Below, in pieces: positions 19,714 through 28,073 of a DNA stretch of 64,000 nucleotides. Source of the DNA: Magnetovibrionaceae bacterium. GTDB taxonomy: Bacteria; Pseudomonadota; Alphaproteobacteria; Rhodospirillales; JBMYSY01. Positions within the stretch are counted from its first letter, which is position 1. Every line of letters begins with the position of its first letter. The DNA lies in NCBI GenBank assembly GCA_049603795.1, contig JBMYSY010000006.1, forward strand, positions 307-64,306. Direction: 5' to 3'. Position numbers and translations under genes: made by a program. A model generated the notes under the pieces. That model was not told the DNA's origin. It saw nothing but the letters and a program-made list of their open reading frames with translations, and did not search any database.

Positions 19714-20628
19714 ATGAAACCCCATACCCTGACCAAGAGGCTGTTCGCCGGCCTGGGCTTGGCCCTTCTGGTCCATGCCGCCGCCCCGGTCGCCGTAGCT
19801 GAAGCGGCACCGGTCCGAGATGTTGCCTTTCAGGCCATGGCATCGGAGCTGCTCGACGGCCTGAAGGATGCGGATGTCCGTTCGCTTCCGGCGCAAAGCG
19901 GCTACGGCAAGCCCAGCCTTGCCGTGCAACCCTTTACCGAAGCGGCCTCGCCGGTGGGCGCACAAGCGGCCAACGGGTTCAACCGGCGCTTGCTTGCGCA
20001 TCTACAGGCCAAGGGGCGGGATAACTTCCAGTTTATTGACCGCCAGGCCGTGGAAGCCGTGATCAGGGATATCCGCAGCGACAGTTCCGATCCGCACCTG
20101 GTCGATCAGCGGATTACCGAACTGCGGGCGGCCTCCCGCGCTGACATCCTGGTGCTGGGGCATCTGGAAAGGCGGGGTGATCGACTGGTGTTGAGCTATC
20201 AGGCCGTCAATGCCGAAGATGCCCGCATCCTTGCCGTCTCACGCCCTCGGGATGTTCGGATGGCGGATCACGATGCGCTATTGGCCGAACGAAGCGGCTG
20301 GCCGAATCCGGATGAGCCCGCACCAGGCATCCAGATCCCTCCGTCCCCGCGCGCTCAGCCCGTGACACCGGTCGAGGTCGCGCCGCTCGATCTCTCTGAC
20401 ATCGACCTGGAAACCGTCTCCTTGCCCCGTCCTGCGGACTATCGCCCCCGCGTGGACGAAGCGGAGCAGCTGCTCGCCCGGAAGGGCTATGACCCCGGTC
20501 CGGTCGACGGCGTGATGACCCGGCAGACCCGCAAGGCCCTGCGCGCCTACCAGTCCGATTCCGCCCTGCCCATCAACGGCCGTTTGACCCGGCAAGTGGT
20601 GGAAAACCTCCGCCGTGACCGCCGCTAG
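19714..20628 (+). CDS. secreted protein with C-terminal peptidoglycan-binding (PG_binding_1) domain
   Basis: Signal peptide. The N-terminal domain resembles FlgO/LpoB-like periplasmic modules. C-terminal AEQLLARKGYDPGPVDGVMTRQTRKALRAYQSDSALPINGRLT is a classic PG_binding_1 signature. Confidence 0.7.
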   Translation: MKPHTLTKRLFAGLGLALLVHAAAPVAVAEAAPVRDVAFQAMASELLDGLKDADVRSLPAQSGYGKPSLAVQPFTEAASPVGAQAANGFNRRLLAHLQAKGRDNFQFIDRQAVEAVIRDIRSDSSDPHLVDQRITELRAASRADILVLGHLERRGDRLVLSYQAVNAEDARILAVSRPRDVRMADHDALLAERSGWPNPDEPAPGIQIPPSPRAQPVTPVEVAPLDLSDIDLETVSLPRPADYRPRVDEAEQLLARKGYDPGPVDGVMTRQTRKALRAYQSDSALPINGRLTRQVVENLRRDRR

Positions 20629-20656
20629 GGCGACCTTAAAGCCGAGGAGAAACCTC

Positions 20657-21133
20657 ATGATAACGCCACCTGCCGACAGCGCCACAGCAGAAAGCGCCAT
20701 GACCGAGATCGCTCTCGCGCTCGCCATGGGCTTCTTCAGCCTGATGGTCCTCACCCTGATCTCCATGGGTGCGGGCCAGCCCCAAGCGCCAGAGAAAAAG
20801 GCCGCTGACCGCTCCAGCCGGGCTGTGGTCCTGGCCGAAACCGCCGATTCAGAGCCCATTACGGGTACCGTTGAAACCGGTGACGGGGATTTCTTTGTCA
20901 TTTTTCATGGGCAACGCCTGCTCAACGAAGCGCTTGAGCCTTTGGAGACCGGGGCCATCGTGCGCCTTGCCGGGGACCGGCGGGTTGTCTTGGCGATTGA
21001 CCCGAAAATACCACTCGATCAGGCGCTAAAGGCCAGGGCGAGCATCGGTGCGCCGAACCTGGTGGTTGCACCGCTCGATCAAGCTTGGCTCGACAGGCTC
21101 GCTCAACTTCGCAAAATGGAGGCACAGCCATGA
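20657..21133 (+). CDS. ExbD/TolR-like bitopic membrane protein (tentative)
   Basis: Short cytoplasmic N-terminus, one TM (TEIALALAMGFFSLMVLTLISM), periplasmic domain ..FFVIFHGQRLL..RRVVLAIDPKIPLDQALKARASIGAPNLVVAPL laid out like the ExbD C-domain. ATG at 20657 with a GAGGAG Shine-Dalgarno sequence. Its stop overlaps the next start (ATGA). Confidence 0.45.
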   Translation: MITPPADSATAESAMTEIALALAMGFFSLMVLTLISMGAGQPQAPEKKAADRSSRAVVLAETADSEPITGTVETGDGDFFVIFHGQRLLNEALEPLETGAIVRLAGDRRVVLAIDPKIPLDQALKARASIGAPNLVVAPLDQAWLDRLAQLRKMEAQP

Positions 21134-21681
21134 GCGGTCCCTTTACGACCCGTCGCCGGGTGTTCTTAGGGCTGGCCGGGTTTCTGGCAGTCTCGACCGT
21201 CGGCCCTGCTCTCGGCCATCACACCGGGAATGGCCGGGTAAAGTTGAAAGCCGTCAGCGCAAGGCAGCGCCGCCGCATCCAACGAATGGTCGTTCGCGAA
21301 GCCCTGGATCTGGGCGTCCAGCCCTGGTTGGGGCTCGCCGTTGCCCATGTGGAATCCGACTTCAATCCAAGGGCGCTGAGCCCGGCGGGAGCCAGGGGCG
21401 TCATGCAGATCATGCCGGCGACAGCTCTCGGCGAATACGGCATCGAGGCCGATGCGCTTTGGCATCCGCGCCTGAACATCCGCATGGGCCTGCATTTTCT
21501 CAAACGCTTGATCCATCGCTACCAGGGCCGAACCGATCTTGCGCTGTCCTACTACAACGGTGGATCGCGCGTCGGGCGGCCAGGCAAGGCCCGCGTCCTG
21601 CCTTATACCCAGGCCTACGTCGACAAGGTTCATCGCCTCGCCCGGCGCTACGCCCGTGACATCGCCCTCGGGCGGGTCTGA
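21130..21681 (+). CDS. lytic transglycosylase (SLT domain) with Tat-like signal
   Basis: TTRRRVFLGLAG twin-arginine motif. SLT catalytic region LAVAHVESDFNPRALSPAGARGVMQIMP..YYNGG. Confidence 0.8.
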   Translation: MSGPFTTRRRVFLGLAGFLAVSTVGPALGHHTGNGRVKLKAVSARQRRRIQRMVVREALDLGVQPWLGLAVAHVESDFNPRALSPAGARGVMQIMPATALGEYGIEADALWHPRLNIRMGLHFLKRLIHRYQGRTDLALSYYNGGSRVGRPGKARVLPYTQAYVDKVHRLARRYARDIALGRV

Positions 21682-21710
21682 GCGACCTCATGATCGAAAG
21701 GAGACCGAAG

Positions 21711-22259
21711 ATGAAACTCGTGCACCAAACAGCTCTTCCTCTGGCCCTGATCGCAACATTGGCGGCCTGCAACATGAACAAGGCGCAGAATCCCATGGAC
21801 GGACTGGAGTTCAGGGAAGCGCGCTATCAGGAGATGATGCGCCTCAATGCCTTCGAGGCCTGCCGGGAACAGGGCCTTGAACTGGACCGACAAGCCCGGG
21901 CTCGGGGCTCCGCCGGAGCATTCCTCGCCAGCGCGGAGGTCTTGGCCGGCTGCAGCGGGGAGTTGTCTGCGGCCGCACCTCAGGGCGAAGAGGCCGAGGT
22001 GATGCGCACGGAAGCCCTGGCCATCACGAACTACATCAGGGGCGGTGATGTGGCACGTGCCCGCGCATTGTTCGATGGCTTCCGGGAAAGCTACCCCGAC
22101 CACGACCTCTACTTCGCGGACGGTTCGTCCTTCATTGCAACGACAGAGGCGCTGCTGGGCCGGTCGGAACCCCGGTCATTCGGCTCTTTCGCTGCTCTCA
22201 ACGTCAACAAGGTGATCAAGCACGAGATGCGCCGGTTGCACCGTTGGCAGGGTCGATAA
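21711..22259 (+). CDS. lipoprotein, unknown function (helical/TPR-like)
   Basis: MKLVHQTALPLALIATLAAC lipobox. The rest is predicted helical. No domain recognised. Confidence 0.55.
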   Translation: MKLVHQTALPLALIATLAACNMNKAQNPMDGLEFREARYQEMMRLNAFEACREQGLELDRQARARGSAGAFLASAEVLAGCSGELSAAAPQGEEAEVMRTEALAITNYIRGGDVARARALFDGFRESYPDHDLYFADGSSFIATTEALLGRSEPRSFGSFAALNVNKVIKHEMRRLHRWQGR

Positions 22260-22271
22260 GGAGATTTCATC

Positions 22272-23147
22272 ATGAAACCCAACAAAACCATGATCACGGC
22301 CCTTGTGGGTGCGGCTTTGATGGGCGGGACGATGACCGCCATTCCCGCAGCGGCCACCACCTGGCAGCCGACTGCCAGCGAGCGCCTGGTGAAGTTGCCG
22401 GGCAACCATCTGGAACGTGCCGTCGAGTCGGATGCCCGCCGGTCCGAACTCGGCCTCGCCATTCGGGATGCGGAAGAGCGCATTCAACTCAAAACCCAGG
22501 CGCTGGAGGATCTTCAGGGGGCCATAGATGCAGCCGACGGCGACCTTCGCACAGAACTGAATCACCTGTTTCTGCTGGAAAAGCAGGCCTATCTGAATCT
22601 GATGAAGGAAAGCCAGTCGCTGCGTCGAAAGGAGGCGCGGACGAAGCTGAAGCTTTACGAACGCCTCCTGGGCAAGATGGACCGCAAGCAGTCCTCCCGC
22701 ACCTCCGGGCAGGTTGCGCTGAAAGAGAAGCACGATGCAGCGCTCGCCCGCTTCGAACAGACCCGCCAGGCGATCGATACCAAGATCATGCAGTCCAGCC
22801 TAACGGCGGAAAGTCCCTACGCGCGGTCCTATGCCGAAAATCTGGCGGCCATCGAGAACCTGCAACGCGCGATAGACGACCATCCCATGAACCGGGCACC
22901 CGAACGTTTCGGTGTCCCCCTGACCCAGGCCGACTACCTGCGGGACCTGGTCGCGCGTCATCAGTCCGAGTTGAACATCATCGATCAGGAAAGCCAGATG
23001 CTGGGCTTCATGGCCAAGCTGGTCTCCCTCGATGCCCTGGCCCTGAGCGAGGGGATAAACGAGGCCGCCCTGGATGAGGATTGGGCGTCCCCTGAACAGC
23101 AAGAGAGTTCAATCTCTTCAGCGGTTTCGCTGTTTACCGGTTTTTGA
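22272..23147 (+). CDS. secreted coiled-coil protein, unknown function
   Basis: Signal peptide (..AIPAAAT). Long heptad-like charged helices (EERIQLKTQALEDLQGAIDAADGDLRTELNHL..). AAGGAG Shine-Dalgarno sequence before the ATG. The alternate-frame ORF 22244-23077 was rejected. Confidence 0.6.
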   Translation: MKPNKTMITALVGAALMGGTMTAIPAAATTWQPTASERLVKLPGNHLERAVESDARRSELGLAIRDAEERIQLKTQALEDLQGAIDAADGDLRTELNHLFLLEKQAYLNLMKESQSLRRKEARTKLKLYERLLGKMDRKQSSRTSGQVALKEKHDAALARFEQTRQAIDTKIMQSSLTAESPYARSYAENLAAIENLQRAIDDHPMNRAPERFGVPLTQADYLRDLVARHQSELNIIDQESQMLGFMAKLVSLDALALSEGINEAALDEDWASPEQQESSISSAVSLFTGF

Positions 23148-23161
23148 AAGGAGCCGAACCC

Positions 23162-23560
23162 ATGAAACACCTCCTGTTTGTCTTCTGTGTCCTGGCCTTA
23201 AGCATTCTTGCGCTGGGATTCGGTGCCTCCGCCGCTCAGGCCGGTAGCCTGGAAAATCTGGAACGCGAACGGGCGATCCTGTTGGACACCCTGCTAAACG
23301 CGGATCTTCCGGCAGCGGAACGCCAGAGCCGGCTCGAGATTTCCCGAAACCGGCTGGTAGACCTGGAACGGATGGTTATCCGGGACCCTTCCTTGGCCGA
23401 GAAGAACACGCCCATCGTCAGGGCCGCCTTCGACAACTACGATCTGACCTTCCTGGTCCATGCCTCCGTCGAGAAGGACCGCAATCTGGCGGATCATTGG
23501 CTGTCCGAAGTCGGTATCTCCAGCAATGCCATCCTAGGCGCGCGTCGGGGGCGCCGGTGA
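23162..23560 (+). CDS. small secreted helical protein, unknown function
   Basis: MKHLLFVFCVLALSILALGFGASAAQA signal peptide. AAGGAG Shine-Dalgarno sequence. No domain recognised. Confidence 0.55.
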   Translation: MKHLLFVFCVLALSILALGFGASAAQAGSLENLERERAILLDTLLNADLPAAERQSRLEISRNRLVDLERMVIRDPSLAEKNTPIVRAAFDNYDLTFLVHASVEKDRNLADHWLSEVGISSNAILGARRGRR

Positions 23561-23561
23561 T

Positions 23562-24116
23562 ATGAGCTTGCGAAAAACACCCGGCCTACTGGGCCAGTTT
23601 TCACGGACCGCAAGCTATCTGCTGGGAAGCCTGGCCATCCTGTCCGCCTCTGCAGTGGCTCTGACGTCGGGTTCTCCCGGCGACCTGTCGCGCTGGGTCT
23701 TGGAGGTCTTGGGCCTTGGCTTTGTCGGCCTGCTGTCCGGCCTGGTCTTCACCGCCGCCTTTTCCTATCTGCGCATGCAGTCCGCAGAAGGAGCGGAAGA
23801 GCGCCACTTCTGGCTCGCCTGCGGCCTTCAGGCCGCGAATGGCGTAACCACGCTGGCGCTTACCTTCACCTTGCTGGGGATCAGTCTCGGCATCGGCAGT
23901 CTGGCCGGGCGGGATCTCAATCCGGAGACAGTCCAAAGTGTGATCCGGGAACTGACCGCGAACTTCAGTCTTGCCTTCATGACCACCGTCGTCGGCCTGC
24001 CCGTCGCCGCCGTTCTGCGCGCCGGGTTGCTGATCCGGCATCAGCGCCTCGATCTCGAGGATTCCCGGCGGATTGAGATCCTCGCCCCCGCAGAGCCGAC
24101 CAAGGCTACTGTTTAG
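23562..24116 (+). CDS. MotA/TolQ/ExbB-like proton-channel family protein (minimal, 184 aa; tentative)
   Basis: Four hydrophobic segments. The C-terminal half LALTFTLLGISLGIGSLAG..(20 aa)..FSLAFMTTVVGLPVAAVLRAGLLI parallels ExbB IGLFGTVWGIMNSF....AEALLATAIGLVAAIPAVVIYN. Starts 1 nt after the previous stop. Confidence 0.5.
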   Translation: MSLRKTPGLLGQFSRTASYLLGSLAILSASAVALTSGSPGDLSRWVLEVLGLGFVGLLSGLVFTAAFSYLRMQSAEGAEERHFWLACGLQAANGVTTLALTFTLLGISLGIGSLAGRDLNPETVQSVIRELTANFSLAFMTTVVGLPVAAVLRAGLLIRHQRLDLEDSRRIEILAPAEPTKATV

Positions 24117-24125
24117 GAGCTTCCC

Positions 24126-24581
24126 ATGTCACATCTACTCTTCAACATCGCCGTTCTCGCCGCCCTGGTCTATCTGTTCGCCGGGGACCACCCGGCGGTG
24201 GAAAAGGCCATGAACCGTATGGAAACTCTGGGCTTGCAGGCAGCCTCGACGGTCAGCGGAAATCAGCCCCAGGCCCCCAGCCTCAAGCCGGGACCCCCTA
24301 AGGTACAGGAGGAGGTGCCTTCGCCGCCCGCGGCACCGGTCGAGACCATAGAAGGAGAGGGCGCTTTTGATCCTGTGATTGCCGCAGAACCAGAACGAGC
24401 CGGACCGGCTGAAGACCCAGCCGTCGCCAGTCGAAGGGAAGAGGTTTTGGCCTCGACCGGTCCGAGGCAGGCCCCGGCAGAGGCTGATCCCGGATTCATG
24501 GACCCGGCCACGCGGGCCGAGGAACTGATGCGGCTGGCCGAGGACCTGGAACTGATGGCGGCGGAACGGTGGCCACAATGA
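24126..24581 (+). CDS. bitopic membrane protein with Pro-rich periplasmic region
   Basis: N-terminal TM LLFNIAVLAALVYLFAG, then QPQAPSLKPGPPKVQEEVPSPPAAPVE. No domain recognised. Confidence 0.5.
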   Translation: MSHLLFNIAVLAALVYLFAGDHPAVEKAMNRMETLGLQAASTVSGNQPQAPSLKPGPPKVQEEVPSPPAAPVETIEGEGAFDPVIAAEPERAGPAEDPAVASRREEVLASTGPRQAPAEADPGFMDPATRAEELMRLAEDLELMAAERWPQ

Positions 24582-25531
24582 CCCGGCAAGGGGGCAGGGT
24601 AAGAGGGTTTCGGGCCTATGCTCTGTCAGGTGTAATTCTGCTGGCCTTCCTGGCTTGGCAGCAAGCAAGCTTGCCATCGGAAGAAGACAACAGGCCTCAA
24701 AATCCGGAGAAGGCGGCATTCCAGCAACCCCTTGATCATCAACCTCCGCCAGAGATCCTCCGCCAGAGGCCGGTTCGGCTTCCCCCGCCCCCAAGGTTGG
24801 CCGCTGTCCCCTCGTCGGTAGGAGCCGAATCACAGGTTAGAGCTGTTTCGCCGGTCACCAGACCTTTGCAACCCCGCGCAGAAGCAGAGGTGAAGCCCGA
24901 AACGGTTGTCCCGATCAAGCCCACCCCGAGGCCAAAGCAAACCGATATGGCGCGGACCGAAACGGGGCCGATCAAAGCGGCCAGCACGGCGGAAGATCGC
25001 CAGGACAGCCTTCCTGCTGGGCGGGTATTACTCACCTTGATGGAACATGGCGAAGGCCCCAGCATTGAAATTGCTTGGCCGGACGACCGATCGGCCTGGG
25101 CACCGCTCTATCGCAGACTGACCGGATGTCATGGTGTGACCACGGTGCTGCTGGCGGGGGATGGTCGGGTCTTTGATCAGGGCGGAACCCCGGGCCAGGG
25201 GCGCCGGTTGGACAGGGATCGCTGGAGCACCTTTATTCGCCATCCGAAAGGTGACCTGGTGCACCAGGAAAAGCGCCGGATTCAGGCTATCCGACACCGT
25301 CATGGCCTGATCGAGGCTCGCCCGGTCCGGCTCTTTCCCCGCCACGTCGATGCCGCTTTTCTCGGTCAACTGGCCGCAACCCTCGGTGGAAGCTATCGGG
25401 ATGCCGAGGTGATCCGCGCCACTTATGGCCTCGACGGGGCTACGCTGGTCGTCGGAGACATCACCGTAGACGGCAGGCCAATCAAGAGCGACATGCGCTT
25501 GGCATCTCGCAAATCCGGTTGCGGGCGCTGA
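24578..25531 (+). CDS. TonB/TolA-architecture protein (TM + Pro-rich spacer + unassigned about 190-aa C-domain)
   Basis: TM YALSGVILLAFLAW, spacer PPPEILRQRPVRLPPPPRL..KPETVVPIKPTPRPK. The C-domain is not recognisable as TonB_C. ATGA overlap with the previous gene. Confidence 0.5.
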   Translation: MTRQGGRVRGFRAYALSGVILLAFLAWQQASLPSEEDNRPQNPEKAAFQQPLDHQPPPEILRQRPVRLPPPPRLAAVPSSVGAESQVRAVSPVTRPLQPRAEAEVKPETVVPIKPTPRPKQTDMARTETGPIKAASTAEDRQDSLPAGRVLLTLMEHGEGPSIEIAWPDDRSAWAPLYRRLTGCHGVTTVLLAGDGRVFDQGGTPGQGRRLDRDRWSTFIRHPKGDLVHQEKRRIQAIRHRHGLIEARPVRLFPRHVDAAFLGQLAATLGGSYRDAEVIRATYGLDGATLVVGDITVDGRPIKSDMRLASRKSGCGR

Positions 25532-25565
25532 CAGACGGCGACGTTCGAGACTCTGGCAGCAAAAA

Positions 25566-25605
25566 CCCCCGGCGCATGTGACCCGCTGTCGGGTCGCGCC
25601 GGGGG
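25566..25605 (-). terminator. rho-independent terminator (minus-strand T-tract; may act in both directions)
   Basis: CCCCCGGCGC ..inner hairpin.. GCGCCGGGGG preceded by AAAAA on the plus strand (U-tract for the minus-strand Sel1 gene). Lies between convergent genes. Confidence 0.6.
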
Positions 25606-25673
25606 GATTCGGTTCACTTGGCGCATCCGCGCCTTAATCCTGTTTCGCGCGTCAGCGCCAGGGAAAACAGCTG

Positions 25674-26195
25674 TTAATTCGTCAACTGCGAAGCCAGGGC
25701 AATGGCTTGGGCCTTCTGGTCTTCCGTCAGGGTCGCCGAGACCTCCAGGATCATGTCTTCGGCATCCTTGTGCCCCTTTTCGCGGGCGGCAAGCAGGTAG
25801 GCATATCCGCGGACAACGTCCTGCGGGACACCGGAACCGGCCATGTAAAGGCGGCCCATGTTGAAGGTCGAGACCAGGTGACCTTTGTTGGCTGCGAGTT
25901 GGAACCACTTGGCCGCCTCGGCCGGGTCAGCATCGACGCCGCGGCCGTTGAAGAACAACCAGCCGTAATAGAACTGGGCTTCGACATGGCCGGCTTCCGC
26001 CGCTGCCTTGTACCACCGGCGGGCTTCAATCAGGTCTTTTTCGATGCCCATGCCCCGGTGATAGGCGCGGCCAAGTTCGAATTGAGATCCTGAATTTCCG
26101 TTCTGAGCCGAGGAGATAATCTGTTCAATCGGCTGTGCGCTCGCAGGCAGGGAAATGGCAAGCAAGGACAACGCCAGGATAAAGGTTTTAACCAT
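25674..26195 (-). CDS. Sel1-repeat secreted protein
   Basis: Signal peptide ..LPASAQP. Repeats ARRWYKAAAEAGH, AAKWFQLAANKGH. Confidence 0.8.
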   Translation of the reverse strand: MVKTFILALSLLAISLPASAQPIEQIISSAQNGNSGSQFELGRAYHRGMGIEKDLIEARRWYKAAAEAGHVEAQFYYGWLFFNGRGVDADPAEAAKWFQLAANKGHLVSTFNMGRLYMAGSGVPQDVVRGYAYLLAAREKGHKDAEDMILEVSATLTEDQKAQAIALASQLTN

Positions 26196-26419
26196 GATGG
26201 AATCTTTCGAACTGGTTCAGTAGGTCAGGGGTCACACGCAAAAGTCTGGGTCATAGGAAGTTGCCATCGCTGGCATCGGTTAAAGGCTGAAACCGAACCC
26301 AGCCCCGCATGAAGCCGATACCGGAAGCCCTGCGGACTCCAAATCAACTTCGCTCTTTAGATGTCCGGTTTGACCCCTGTTGTCAACTTACCCACCGGAC
26401 AGAATTGTCAGTCGGACGA

Positions 26420-27907
26420 TTATCGTTTTGTGTACCAGTCCGCAGCGGAAAAGCGCTCGTAAAGGGCTCCGGCCAGGACCTTGAAAGCGAGCGCGCTCGG
26501 GTGGCCGTCGCCGACAATGATCAATTCCGAAGGGTCGATTCCCTGATCGTCAAACAGGGTGGTGAAATCCAGAACGGGCACTCCGCGTTCGGTCAGGGGG
26601 GCGATCAGGTTAGCCTGTGCCTCGACCGAGCCGGGATAGAGCGCGACATAGCAGGCAGCACCGTCGGTTTTCGCCTCAAAAAGGCTGCAGGCCTGCGCCA
26701 AAAGGGCGGCGGCAAGTCGGTAGCCGTCCCCGGATTCGAACAAGGCATCGAAAGAGGCATTGAAGCGCTCGATCAACCGGCTGTTGGCCGCGATCGCATT
26801 CAAGAAGGCGCGCAGCGGTCGACCGGAGGTAAAGTTGCCGGCGCGTTCGACCGAGCCTGTCTCCGTCAGTCGGTAATACGGCATATGGTGGCCCCAATTG
26901 GTCACCACATGGTGGGACCCCAGGAGCCTCGGAATGTGGCCATCCTTGAACAGATAGACCGCAACAGGGGTCTGGCCCGAAGCGACAGGGCTGAGCCGAC
27001 CGGCCTCCAGGAGCGCCAGAATTTGCTGTGGGCCATAGCCGTGAAAGCCGTAATTGCGCAGTTCTGCCTCGGGCATCAGCTGGGCCAGTCGGGCGGCCAG
27101 GGTCTCGCCGTCGGCCAGGCCCTCTCCAAAGGCGAAAGAGCCGCCGAACAGGTTGATCTGGACGGTCTTGTCGCCGTCGTTACCGCTTTGTGGTGTCTTG
27201 CGGAAACCCAATTCGTTGATGGTGTAGACGGCATCGTAGACCAGTTGGTCGCCCCGGGTCTTACGGGTCGTTGCTGTGATATTGGGGTTTGCGCTGTATC
27301 CCAGGTCAGCGTCGAACCGGAAATAGCTTTGATAGTAGGTGCCTTCGGTCCGAACAGGGCCTTTGGGTTGGGATGGCCTGCCTTCTGATTCCTGGCCTGC
27401 GCTAGCAGGTGCTGACGAAGTCTCAGGCAGCAGGCGCGCGGCCCCTTCCGCTGCGCCGATCAAGCCGAAAAGAAGGGCCGCGTTGGCCGCAATGACGATT
27501 GATCCCGAAGCGAGGACCATGCTCAAAACCAGGACCAAGAGGCCGCCACCGACAAAGATCAACATCCGGTCCGGTGTCAGCTGAATGTCCGGATGAAAGA
27601 CGGCAAAACCCAGAACGGTCAGGGCCATCGGCAGGGCGCACAAGCCAAACAGCTGAAACATGCGGCGTCCCGGCCGGAGATTTCGTTCCAGTGATCGCGC
27701 GGTCCGGGGGGCAATCAGCAGAAGGCTCGCGGCCAAAGTCAGGGCGACGACGACGACCGCCATTTGTTCGTAGGGTCCGAAAGCGGGGTCGCCGATGCCA
27801 AACTTCGGCCCCAGCAGGATCACAGCCAGAACCAGGAGTGATCCGCAGATACCCATCGCAGCAACCAGGCGGACGAAAATCACAAGGCTGAAGAGGTTTT
27901 TCGCCAT
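26420..27907 (-). CDS. polytopic membrane protein with C-terminal SGNH/AlgJ-AlgX-like domain
   Basis: Four or five N-terminal TM helices. Block I-like INLFGGSFAFGEG and block V-like IIVGDGHPSALA. ATG at 27907; the 56-codon upstream extension in the track was rejected. Confidence 0.55.
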   Translation of the reverse strand: MAKNLFSLVIFVRLVAAMGICGSLLVLAVILLGPKFGIGDPAFGPYEQMAVVVVALTLAASLLLIAPRTARSLERNLRPGRRMFQLFGLCALPMALTVLGFAVFHPDIQLTPDRMLIFVGGGLLVLVLSMVLASGSIVIAANAALLFGLIGAAEGAARLLPETSSAPASAGQESEGRPSQPKGPVRTEGTYYQSYFRFDADLGYSANPNITATTRKTRGDQLVYDAVYTINELGFRKTPQSGNDGDKTVQINLFGGSFAFGEGLADGETLAARLAQLMPEAELRNYGFHGYGPQQILALLEAGRLSPVASGQTPVAVYLFKDGHIPRLLGSHHVVTNWGHHMPYYRLTETGSVERAGNFTSGRPLRAFLNAIAANSRLIERFNASFDALFESGDGYRLAAALLAQACSLFEAKTDGAACYVALYPGSVEAQANLIAPLTERGVPVLDFTTLFDDQGIDPSELIIVGDGHPSALAFKVLAGALYERFSAADWYTKR

Positions 27908-28073
27908 GGCGATGAGGGGTCTCGGATAGGGTTCGCGTTTGAAGACGTCCGCGTTCTGCGCGCGCCGGATTTTTGGGGATTTGGGCTTGTCTTCCAAGCA
28001 TTTTCTGCGTTCCCTAGCCTCATCCTCATCGCCACCCCCACGTTTTGATGCCGGGGGCCTGGAAGACGGACCC

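Noticed and set aside
22244-23077. 277-aa alternate-frame ORF overlapping the coiled-coil gene 22272-23147. The same applies to ORFs 19058-19531 and 21048-21659 within neighbouring genes.
   Set aside because: The translations are Arg/Pro/Gly/Ser-rich and show no structure. The chosen frames have signal peptides, Shine-Dalgarno sequences and coherent domain or coiled-coil content.
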